A DNA stretch of 28,917 nt from assembly GCA_038874215.1 (NCBI GenBank), contig JAVZCV010000014.1:1-28917 (forward strand), given 5' to 3'. The stretch is from Candidatus Micrarchaeia archaeon (GTDB taxonomy: Archaea > Micrarchaeota > Micrarchaeia > Burarchaeales > JAVZCV01). The position numbers were made by a program, and so were the translations under genes. The notes under the pieces were generated by a model. The model saw only the letters and a program-made list of their open reading frames with translations. It made no database searches and was not told the DNA's origin. The stretch's first letter is position 1. The number at the start of each line of letters is the position of its first letter. This document shows positions 8,115-16,271 of the stretch, in pieces.

Positions 8115-8262
8115 TACCGGACTTAACCGGACAGCTCACACCACGAGCTGACGATGGCCATGCACCACCTCTCGGCTCGTCTGGCAAGATCTTCAGTCTG
8201 GCCTTCATACTGCCGTCTCTCCCGGTAATATTCCCGGCGTTGAATCCAATTGAACCGCAGCC

Positions 8263-8305
<43 letters not shown>

Positions 8306-8518
8306 ACCTTGCGGCCGTACTCCCCAGGCGGCAGACTTAACACCTACGCTACGGCACTGCAACAGCTCTAAGCTGTTGCAACACCACAGTCTGCATAATT
8401 TACTGCTAGGGCTACTCGGGTATCTAATCCGATTCGTTCTCCTAGCCTTCGTCCCTCACCGTCAGACGTGTTTTGGCCAAGCGCCTTCGCCACCGGGAGT
8501 CCTCACAGGATTACAGGA

Positions 8519-8575
8519 TTGTAAGACCCTTCTTTGGTGAAGCTTTCTTTGATTGCTTAATAGGAAGAAAGGTTC
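8519..8575 (-). other. 16S intron (~E. coli 694-697, h23 loop, 57 nt)
   Basis: Interrupts GGGGUAAAA|UCC; GUAA/UUAC helix, AA|G and AA|U bulges. Confidence 0.85.
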
Positions 8576-8861
8576 TTTTACCCCTACCCTGTGAGTACTC
8601 TTGGCCTCCCCCACTCTCAAGCTCCGCAGTATTTCCTGCGCGCCCCCGGGTTAAGCTCGGGGATTTCACAAGAAACTTACAGAGCCGGCTACGGACTCTT
8701 TAGGCCCAATATTCGTGGGCACCACTTGGGCTGCCAGTGTTACCGCGGCGGCTGGCACTGGTCTTACCCAGCCCTTATTCCCCAAGCGGGTTAGACTTGG
8801 GAAAAGGTGCTCCCGTAGAGCACCACTCAGAGTCCCCCCGTCACGCTTTCGCGCATTGCGG

Positions 8862-8892
<31 letters not shown>

Positions 8893-8900
8893 AGGGCCCT

Positions 8901-8945
8901 TGGACACGGTTCTGACCACCCTACTAAAACTCGTCAGAGCCATGT
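8901..8945 (-). other. 16S insertion or intron (~E. coli 329/330, 45 nt)
   Basis: Interrupts CUGAGACA|AGGGCCC; hairpin CAUGGCUCUGAC/GUCAGAACCGUG; central helix only about 2 bp. Confidence 0.75.
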
Positions 8946-9459
8946 TGTCTCAGTGCCCTTCTGGGGGCTCCAACTCCCATTGCCCCCACTGATTATCGGC
9001 TTGGTGGGCCGTTACCCCACCAACAACCTAATCAGCCGCAGTCCTTTCCTCAGGCGGGCTGGCTGCATTTCGCCAGTCCTTTTAGACCATCAAGCATTCC
9101 AGCATAGATGGCCTATCGGGTATTAGCCTCAGTTTCCCGAGGTTATCCCCGTCCTGAGGGTAAGTTGACTACGTGCTACTCAGCCGTTCGCCGCCCTCGG
9201 AAGCCCGAGAGCAGACTTGCATGGCTTAGTCGGACTCTGATAGCAGTGCCCTCCAGCAGGATCAACTGGAGTTTTCACGAATAGAGTACGCCACAAAGCG
9301 GATCAGCAGTGGAACACACTTGTTTCGTGTCGGTTCTTGAGGTCTCAGTCTAACCCAAGAGTCTTGGGTTACCATCGGTCATGTAGGCTGTAGTGGATAG
9401 AATGTTCATTGCACGAAAAAAATCGCGCTCTATTCGGCCAGGACTACAGCCGAATCGGG

Positions 9460-9495
9460 TAAATATTATATATCGTTATCTTTTTATATATATCT
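9460..9495. promoter_or_regulatory. AT-rich TATA-like region between the divergent rRNA operon and ccdA-like gene
   Basis: TTATATAT and TTTTTATATATAT runs upstream of the GC-rich rRNA leader. Confidence 0.55.
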
Positions 9496-9538
9496 TCCGC
9501 TCCACCGAGCAATAAAATAAAAAATAGCGGATGGTCAG

Positions 9539-10618
9539 ATGCCAAGAAGATTTAGCTGGCTTACTTTTTTATTCTTATATTTATTTCTATGCAACATAAC
9601 GCAGGCTTACACGGTGAACGCATACTACTTCTACAGCCAGGGGTGTATTCACTGCGCGGAGGTTGAGAAATACCTCATATCTATGGAGAGAAAATATGCA
9701 GACCTGAATTTAACAAAACTTGAGATATCACATAACAAAAATAACATAGAACTTTCAAGAAAATTCTGCACGGCATATTCTTTGAACTGCTCTCTTTCAA
9801 TCCCAACACCCATTATTTTTATAGGCAATAGGACGATAAGTGGCGATAAACCAATACTATCTGAATTTGAAACCGAATTCCTTAAATGCAGAGAATTCGA
9901 TTGTGAGGATCCGCTTGAAAAAGCAAGCGCATCCTTGGCTTCTGAAAACATAGAGCCAGCTTTATCGCTTATAGTGGTTGCAGCACTCGTTGATAGCATA
10001 AATCCGTGCGCTTTTGCTGTTCTGATATTTTTGCTCACGTACCTTATGGCAATAGGAGAGAGGAGTAGGATGCTGAAAATAGGAATGGTGTATATATGCG
10101 TTATATATGTTGTTTATTTCGTTGCAGGTCTTGGGCTTTTGGCTTTTGTGCAGTCTTTGGCGATCAGCATGCTCGTTTATAAGTTCGCCGCTATTGTGGC
10201 AATCTTTGGCGGTATAGTCAATATAAAGGACTTTTTCTTCTATGGAAAGTGGTTTTCTTTAGAAATACCAAAGTCAAAAAAAGAGGTTATAGAAAAATAT
10301 GTGCACCTTGCTACCTTGCCCGCCGTGATCGCCCTAGCGATATTGGTGGCGGGTTTTGAGCTTCCCTGCACTGGCGGGGTATATTTTGCAATTCTCGCCA
10401 TGCTTGCAAGAGGAACTTTTGAGAGAGCAGTCGCATATTTGCTTATATATAGTTTGTTTTTCGTTCTCCCCCTCATCGTCATATTGATTCTTTTCTACCA
10501 AGGGTACAGCGGAGAAAAGCTTGAATCCCTTCGCATTGAAAAAAGGAGACTTATGCGTTTAATAATTGGTGTAGTCATGATTTTCTTGGGGGCCGGGATG
10601 CTCCTTGGTTGGTTCTGA
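9539..10618 (+). CDS. thioredoxin-domain plus CcdA/DsbD-like transmembrane disulfide reductase
   Basis: Signal peptide, N-terminal CIHC, then several TM helices with DSINPCAF and ELPCTGG cysteine motifs. Confidence 0.85.
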   Translation: MPRRFSWLTFLFLYLFLCNITQAYTVNAYYFYSQGCIHCAEVEKYLISMERKYADLNLTKLEISHNKNNIELSRKFCTAYSLNCSLSIPTPIIFIGNRTISGDKPILSEFETEFLKCREFDCEDPLEKASASLASENIEPALSLIVVAALVDSINPCAFAVLIFLLTYLMAIGERSRMLKIGMVYICVIYVVYFVAGLGLLAFVQSLAISMLVYKFAAIVAIFGGIVNIKDFFFYGKWFSLEIPKSKKEVIEKYVHLATLPAVIALAILVAGFELPCTGGVYFAILAMLARGTFERAVAYLLIYSLFFVLPLIVILILFYQGYSGEKLESLRIEKRRLMRLIIGVVMIFLGAGMLLGWF

Positions 10619-11361
10619 TGTTTGAGCTCATAGACAAAATCATATCTACGCTCGGAAGGAACACGCTTTACTATCCGGGCTGTCTGATGAAATTTGCAGC
10701 GCCAGAAATGAGCGAAGCATACAGAAAACTGCTTGCAAGATGCCACGAGGATTTCATAGTTCTAAGCGAGCAGGAGCTGTGCTGCGGCTCGCCCGTTGAG
10801 AGCCTTGGCTATCGCGCTGATTTTGAAAAACTAATAAGAAAAAATGCGGGTATATTTGCGAAACATGGTGTAGGTAGGATTGTCACGCCCTGTCCTGCAT
10901 GCTACCGGGTTTTTTTAAAAGAATATCCTACCGTATTGGGTGATTGGCGCATTAAGGTTGAGCATTTCTCGCAAACCCTCCTACATGCAATAAAGGATGG
11001 AAGGCTTAGGATAAAGAATAAGCAGGAAGGAACAGCAGTCTTTCATGACCCGTGCCATCTCGGCAGATATTGCGGCGTATATGAAGAACCTCGCGAGATA
11101 ATAAAAATGATGGGCTTTGAACTCATTGAACTTCCACGTTCAAGAGAGCGTGCCCTGTGCTGTGGTGGTGGAGGAAGTTTCAGGGTTAATTTTAGGGGGA
11201 TGGCTGATAGGATAGCGAAAGAGTTTGCGAGCGTTGCAAAGAAAAACGGGGCTGATAGGATAATAACAATGTGTCCGCTGTGCTATCTGCACCTGAAACA
11301 AAATTCAGAGATACCTGTTGAGGAGATGGGGATGATTTTGCTAAAAGCGGTTGGTGATTAG
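10618..11361 (+). CDS. CCG-domain Fe-S protein (GlcF/HdrB-like)
   Basis: YYPGC, ELCCG, TPCPAC, FHDPCHLGR, LCCGGGG and CPLC motifs form two CCG domains. Confidence 0.9.
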   Translation: MFELIDKIISTLGRNTLYYPGCLMKFAAPEMSEAYRKLLARCHEDFIVLSEQELCCGSPVESLGYRADFEKLIRKNAGIFAKHGVGRIVTPCPACYRVFLKEYPTVLGDWRIKVEHFSQTLLHAIKDGRLRIKNKQEGTAVFHDPCHLGRYCGVYEEPREIIKMMGFELIELPRSRERALCCGGGGSFRVNFRGMADRIAKEFASVAKKNGADRIITMCPLCYLHLKQNSEIPVEEMGMILLKAVGD

Positions 11362-12576
11362 ATGTATGATAAGCTCGTAGATTTATTCGGAAGCGATAAG
11401 GTTGGTACAGAGCTTGACAATATCGTTTATGCTCTTGATGCTTCCCGTGTTGAGGGCAAAAGTATCGGCGTTGTTATGGCAGAAACGGTTGAGGATATAA
11501 AACGGGTTGTAAAATATGCGAATAAAAATGACTTAGCGGTTGTTGCAAGAGGCGGTGGGACGAGCGTGACGGGTAGCGTTATACCGCAAAATGCTATGGT
11601 TATTGATTTAACGAGAATGAATAGGATAGTTGAGATAAAGGAGGACAGCGCTATTGTTGAGCCTGGGATAACGATAAGGAGATTAAACGAAGAATGCGAG
11701 AAAAATGGCGTGTTTTTTCCCGTAGTCCCTGCAAGCGAGGAATGTTGTACTGTTGGAGGGGCGATATCCACAAATGCGCTTGGTTTAAGAGGGATAAAAT
11801 ACGGTAAGGCCGAAAACTGGGTTAAAAAGCTTGAGGTAGTAGACGGAGGTGGGAACATAATTAATGTAGAAGGGGAAGAAGCAAGAGCATTTTGTGGCGC
11901 AGAGGGGCTTTTGGGTATAATAGTAAAGGCAGAGCTGAAGCTTGCAAAGATGCCTGAAAAGAGAACGCTTAGTTTTCATATTTTTGCAAGAAGCGACTAT
12001 GCGCGGATGATGCGCATGGTAAAAACATATAAGAAAAACAAAAATGTAAGCGCAATAGAGTTCATAAATGCGGTTGCACGTGGCCTTATGGGTAAAGAAG
12101 AGAAAGGAATGCTGATAGTTGAATTTGAAAGCGATGAAGGCGAGATATCAGACAAAAAAGACATAGAGGAGATATTGAAATTTAGAGAGGACGCATACCC
12201 AGCAGTTGCGAAGGAGGGGTATGTTTGGATGGAAGATCCTTATGTAGATGAGGAGCATATGTACCACCTGCTCGTATGGCTGCGCGATAGAAAAATACCT
12301 GCATTCGGGCATATAGGAGCAGGAGTTATGCATCCGTGTTTTAGAATGGGCGACGAGAAGCTCATTGATGCAATGTATGAATTCGTGATTGGATTGGGTG
12401 GGGACATCAACGGGGAGCATGGAATAGGGATAACTAAAAGGAAATTTGCAACCACAGAGTATATTAGGAGGATTGTTGAGCTTAAGAAAAAATACGACGT
12501 TAAAGGTATAATGAATAGGGGCAAGGTTGGTGGAGTTGGTGGCTTTATCTTTGGTGGTGTGGCCTGTGAGAGATGA
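11362..12576 (+). CDS. FAD-binding 2-hydroxyacid oxidoreductase (GlcD/D-lactate dehydrogenase-like)
   Basis: RGGGTS, TVGGAISTNA, GAEGLLGII, GHIGAGVMH and GEHGIG motifs. Confidence 0.9.
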   Translation: MYDKLVDLFGSDKVGTELDNIVYALDASRVEGKSIGVVMAETVEDIKRVVKYANKNDLAVVARGGGTSVTGSVIPQNAMVIDLTRMNRIVEIKEDSAIVEPGITIRRLNEECEKNGVFFPVVPASEECCTVGGAISTNALGLRGIKYGKAENWVKKLEVVDGGGNIINVEGEEARAFCGAEGLLGIIVKAELKLAKMPEKRTLSFHIFARSDYARMMRMVKTYKKNKNVSAIEFINAVARGLMGKEEKGMLIVEFESDEGEISDKKDIEEILKFREDAYPAVAKEGYVWMEDPYVDEEHMYHLLVWLRDRKIPAFGHIGAGVMHPCFRMGDEKLIDAMYEFVIGLGGDINGEHGIGITKRKFATTEYIRRIVELKKKYDVKGIMNRGKVGGVGGFIFGGVACER

Positions 12577-12931
12577 TGAAATCATCAGGATGATTAAAAA
12601 ATGCTCACGATGTGGCATGTGCAAGTCGGCATGCCCTGTGTATTCCGTTGTATTGAAAGAAACAGTATCGCCACGAGGCTTGGTTATTCTTGCGAACAAA
12701 AACCAGATTAACAATATTTTTCTCATGTGTACTCTCTGCAAAGCATGCGATTTCAGATGCCCTGCGGGTGTAAAGCCAAGTGAAATCGTTCTATGGATGC
12801 GTGAAAAGCTTGTTAATGTTGGGGATGAAAGCAAGGGGGCAAAAAAGATGATGGAGAATATAAGAAAATATGGGAACCCGTATGGGGAAGTAAAAAAAGG
12901 AAGCGTTCCAGACGAATTGTATTGCTGTTAG
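12566..12931 (+). CDS. 4Fe-4S dicluster protein (GlcF N-terminal-like domain)
   Basis: CSRCGMCKSACP..SPRG and CTLCKACDFRCP, ending ENIRKYGNPYG; GTG start inferred from the upstream GGTGGTG. Confidence 0.85.
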   Translation: MRDDEIIRMIKKCSRCGMCKSACPVYSVVLKETVSPRGLVILANKNQINNIFLMCTLCKACDFRCPAGVKPSEIVLWMREKLVNVGDESKGAKKMMENIRKYGNPYGEVKKGSVPDELYCC

Positions 12932-12948
12932 CGTGCCGTTGCGCCTGC

Positions 12949-13362
12949 TTATTCTTCCTGAACGGGTATCTCCTCTTTCTGCAGTATCTCTATCTGCATT
13001 ATCGTTTCTTCAAGCTCTGCTCTTTCCTTTTCAAGTAGTTTTTTAATTCTCTCTATACGCTTGCTTTGCAGGTCTATTGTACGGTATTTTCGTGCAGCGC
13101 TATTGAAGTGCTCTATTGAAAGCGTGAAAACTTCTTCTTCGTCCATCGTCCTTGCTATATCTGCGAGTATTTCTCCAAGGAGTATGTTTGCCGCTATTTT
13201 CACTTCTTTTCTTACCTGGTGCGGCTTCTTCAGATTTTCCTTTATTATGCGCACAACACGCGCATTTGGAAACGGAAGCTTTTCTTCTAATTCTTGTTCA
13301 ATCTGCTCATCCTCATCAACTGGCTCTTCTTTTTTTTCTTTTATACCCTGCTCTTCGTCCAT
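12949..13362 (-). CDS. histone-fold protein with acidic N-terminus and C-terminal coiled coil
   Basis: LPFPNARVVRIIK...VRKEVK...TLSIEHF resembles the histone/NF-Y fold pattern. Confidence 0.7.
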   Translation of the reverse strand: MDEEQGIKEKKEEPVDEDEQIEQELEEKLPFPNARVVRIIKENLKKPHQVRKEVKIAANILLGEILADIARTMDEEEVFTLSIEHFNSAARKYRTIDLQSKRIERIKKLLEKERAELEETIMQIEILQKEEIPVQEE

Positions 13363-13465
13363 AAAAACCACCGTATGTTATACTGCTGCAATTTTTAAAG
13401 TTTGATTGGTGCGCCAGTTTTTATTAATTGGGACATAAAACATAAGCAGAGCACTGGTGGGCTCA

Positions 13466-14182
13466 ATGATCTATTGTAATGTTTGTGGGATTGAATTGAG
13501 AGACTGGGAACCCATTTTTGGGCGCGGAAGGGCGCTATGCCATAACTGCTACACACAGGATTTGGATAGATATTACAACAAGCCTTACATGTGTGGTGTT
13601 TGTGGAGCAAGAATAGGAATGGGGGAAGCAGTGCAGTTTAAAGGCAGAGTGATGTGCGGGGATTGTTATAAGGAAGAGGAAAAGAAGTTGAAGGAGAATT
13701 CGTGCAGCATATGTGGAAAGGAAGTGAGTTTTACAAGGTATGTAAAAGATGGGGAACTTGTATGCAAAGAGTGCTATGAGAAGGAGACAAAACACCACAA
13801 AGTTACTGTTATGGTGTGTAGTTTATGCCATAAAAATGTTGGGATTGATGAGACACGGATTGTTGATGGGCATCACCTCTGCCAGGCATGCTACGGTGAT
13901 TTCATTGTTAAAGTATGTGGGATATGCGGGAGGAGGATAACTGGGATAACGCCGAAGTTAGGCAGTAGGGTGGTTTGTCATGAATGTTACATAAAGAAAA
14001 GCTCCAGAAGCACTTGTGCAGTATGTGGAAAACCGCTTCTTACGATGTATATAACTGATGATGGGAAGACGCTTTGTGTGGAATGCTCGCTTGAACAACG
14101 GAAAAAACCCGAGATGGGCGGTATAAGAACTGCTAACGCTGTTTTAAACGTACGAAAAATTGTAAATAAACTTCTTGGCTAG
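13466..14182 (+). CDS. multi-zinc-finger protein (six tandem C4 repeats, LIM-like)
   Basis: 12 CxxC pairs arranged as CxxC-x13..16-CxxC repeats. Confidence 0.8.
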   Translation: MIYCNVCGIELRDWEPIFGRGRALCHNCYTQDLDRYYNKPYMCGVCGARIGMGEAVQFKGRVMCGDCYKEEEKKLKENSCSICGKEVSFTRYVKDGELVCKECYEKETKHHKVTVMVCSLCHKNVGIDETRIVDGHHLCQACYGDFIVKVCGICGRRITGITPKLGSRVVCHECYIKKSSRSTCAVCGKPLLTMYITDDGKTLCVECSLEQRKKPEMGGIRTANAVLNVRKIVNKLLG

Positions 14183-14185
14183 CAT

Positions 14186-14494
14186 CTATATCGATTCTGC
14201 TGTTTTTTTCAGTATATCCTTTCCAATTTCAAGAGTTTTCAGCCCTTCTGTTGTTATTTTGTAGTATTTTCTTCTTCCATCGTATTCGGAGCGAATAAGC
14301 CCTTCCCGTTCAAGCATGTAAAGAACGATGTATGTTGTTATGAGGCTTGGCTTCCAGCCAAAGTTATTTTCTATCTCATTTTGCATCCCGTATGCGTAGC
14401 ATCTCCCACGCTTTTTTAGCAAGGAAAGGACATATAGCCACTCGTTCTCTTTTGTAAGCGTTCTCTTCAATCTTACAATTGGCCTTTTTTCCAT
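14186..14494 (-). CDS. PadR-family transcriptional regulator
   Basis: LYVLSLL..YAYGM..TYIVLYMLEREGLI..RRKYYKITTEG; start uncertain (alternative near 14512). Confidence 0.88.
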   Translation of the reverse strand: MEKRPIVRLKRTLTKENEWLYVLSLLKKRGRCYAYGMQNEIENNFGWKPSLITTYIVLYMLEREGLIRSEYDGRRKYYKITTEGLKTLEIGKDILKKTAESI

Positions 14495-14565
14495 AGAAAG
14501 ACGATCGTGCAAAAAATTTATATTTATTCATATAAAATATTTTATTAAAATAAAATAGTGGTGCC

Positions 14566-15651
14566 ATGGGGAAGATAAAAATCGCAATAGCCGGTATAGG
14601 GAATTGCGCATCCTCTCTGATTCAAGGCATAAACTACTATAGGAAAATAGATGGGAATTCGCCTCCAACTCCAGGTATAATGCACAACGTTCTTGGGGGA
14701 TATCGGATAGGGGATATAGAAGTTGTGGCCGCTTTTGATATTGATAAGCGAAAAGTTGGGAAAGATGTTGCTGATGCGATATTCACACCGCCCAATTGCA
14801 CCGTTAAGTTTTCAGATGTTGAGAAGACTGGTGTAGTTGTGATGAAAGGTCCTGTTCTTGACGGGGTTGCAGAAACTACGAAAGATGAGTTCAAAGTGGA
14901 CTCCTCCCAGAGCCCCTGCAATGTGGGTGAAGTTCTCAAAAAGGCGGGCGCAGAAATCCTGATAAACTACCTCCCAGTCGGCTCAGAGAAGGCAACTCGC
15001 TACTATGCGGAGGAGTGCATAAAGGCTGGCTGCGCTTTCATAAATGCGATGCCCGTTTTCATAGTTTCTGACAGCGGATGGGCTAAAAAATTTGAGGAAA
15101 ACGGCCTGCCCGCCATAGGCGATGACGTGAAAAGCCAGGTTGGGGCAACTATACTACATAGAACGCTTGCTAAACTTTTTGTAGATAGGGGTGTTATGCT
15201 TGAGAGAACGTACCAACTCAACGTTGGGGGTAATACTGATTTTCTGAACATGATGGAGCGTGGGCGCCTTGTTTCAAAAAAGATAAGCAAAACTGAAGCA
15301 GTCCAGTCGCAACTTCCGACAAGACTTGTTGATAGCAGCATTCATATAGGACCAAGCGATTACGTGAAATGGCTTGGGGACAAAAAAATAGCCTTCATAA
15401 GGCTTGAAGGTAGAAAATTCGGCAATGTGCCCATAACGGTGGAGGTTAGGCTTGAGGTTGAAGATTCCCCTAACTCTGCAGGGATAATGGTTGATGCTAT
15501 AAGATGCTGCAAAATTGCACTGGACAGGAATATTGGCGGGTCGCTTATATCGGCATCTGCATACTTTATGAAACACCCACCACAACAGCATTCTGATGAT
15601 ATTGCACGCATAATGGTTGAGGAATTTATATCTGGTAAGAGGGAAAGATGA
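14566..15651 (+). CDS. ino1: myo-inositol-1-phosphate synthase
   Basis: GIGNCASSL, NYLPVGS, GDDVKSQVGAT, QLNVGGNTDF, DSPNSAG and YFMKHPP motifs. Confidence 0.97.
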   Translation: MGKIKIAIAGIGNCASSLIQGINYYRKIDGNSPPTPGIMHNVLGGYRIGDIEVVAAFDIDKRKVGKDVADAIFTPPNCTVKFSDVEKTGVVVMKGPVLDGVAETTKDEFKVDSSQSPCNVGEVLKKAGAEILINYLPVGSEKATRYYAEECIKAGCAFINAMPVFIVSDSGWAKKFEENGLPAIGDDVKSQVGATILHRTLAKLFVDRGVMLERTYQLNVGGNTDFLNMMERGRLVSKKISKTEAVQSQLPTRLVDSSIHIGPSDYVKWLGDKKIAFIRLEGRKFGNVPITVEVRLEVEDSPNSAGIMVDAIRCCKIALDRNIGGSLISASAYFMKHPPQQHSDDIARIMVEEFISGKRER

Positions 15652-16271
15652 TGATAAAAGGTATGGAATTTGCGGAAAACGCTTCTGTACGCGTCGGTAT
15701 AATTTTCTCAAAATTACCGATTTCACCAAACATGTGGACTATTCTATCACTCATTCCAGCTCTCCTTGGATTATTTGCACTTCGTGCTGGTTCTATGTTT
15801 GGTGGCTTCGTTTTTTTTGCTTGTGCTGGCTTGATAGATGTGATAGATGGAGCCGTTGCGCGTGTTACTGGGAGGGCAACTGCCTTGGGCGCATTCCTTG
15901 ACGGTGTGGTTGATAGGGTGGTTGAGGCAATGCTTCTTCTTGGGCTTCTACTATACGGTCTGCCCGATGCAGGTGAGGTGGTTTACATAAATCCAACCAC
16001 AACTATTTTCTCAGTTCTCTTTTTCGGAACATGTATGACGAGCTTTGTAAAGGCCTACGCTCACCATAGGGGGGCAATAGGAGATGCCGAGGTAAAGAAG
16101 ATGGGGGGGATTCTTGAAAGACCAGAAAGGCTTTTCCTACTGTTGGTTTCTCTTATTGCAGGAATTTTTAGTCCTTTATGGACTATGTACGTTCTTTTGG
16201 CAACGGCATTATTATCTGCTTTAACAGTTTTGGAACGCATGTTTTTCGTGCTTAAAAGACAGAACTCATGA
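15648..16271 (+). CDS. CDP-alcohol phosphatidyltransferase (probable archaetidylinositol phosphate synthase)
   Basis: SPNxxT, DVIDGAVAR...GAFLDGVVDR signature, GGILERPER; ATGA-coupled to ino1. Confidence 0.9.
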   Translation: MMIKGMEFAENASVRVGIIFSKLPISPNMWTILSLIPALLGLFALRAGSMFGGFVFFACAGLIDVIDGAVARVTGRATALGAFLDGVVDRVVEAMLLLGLLLYGLPDAGEVVYINPTTTIFSVLFFGTCMTSFVKAYAHHRGAIGDAEVKKMGGILERPERLFLLLVSLIAGIFSPLWTMYVLLATALLSALTVLERMFFVLKRQNS

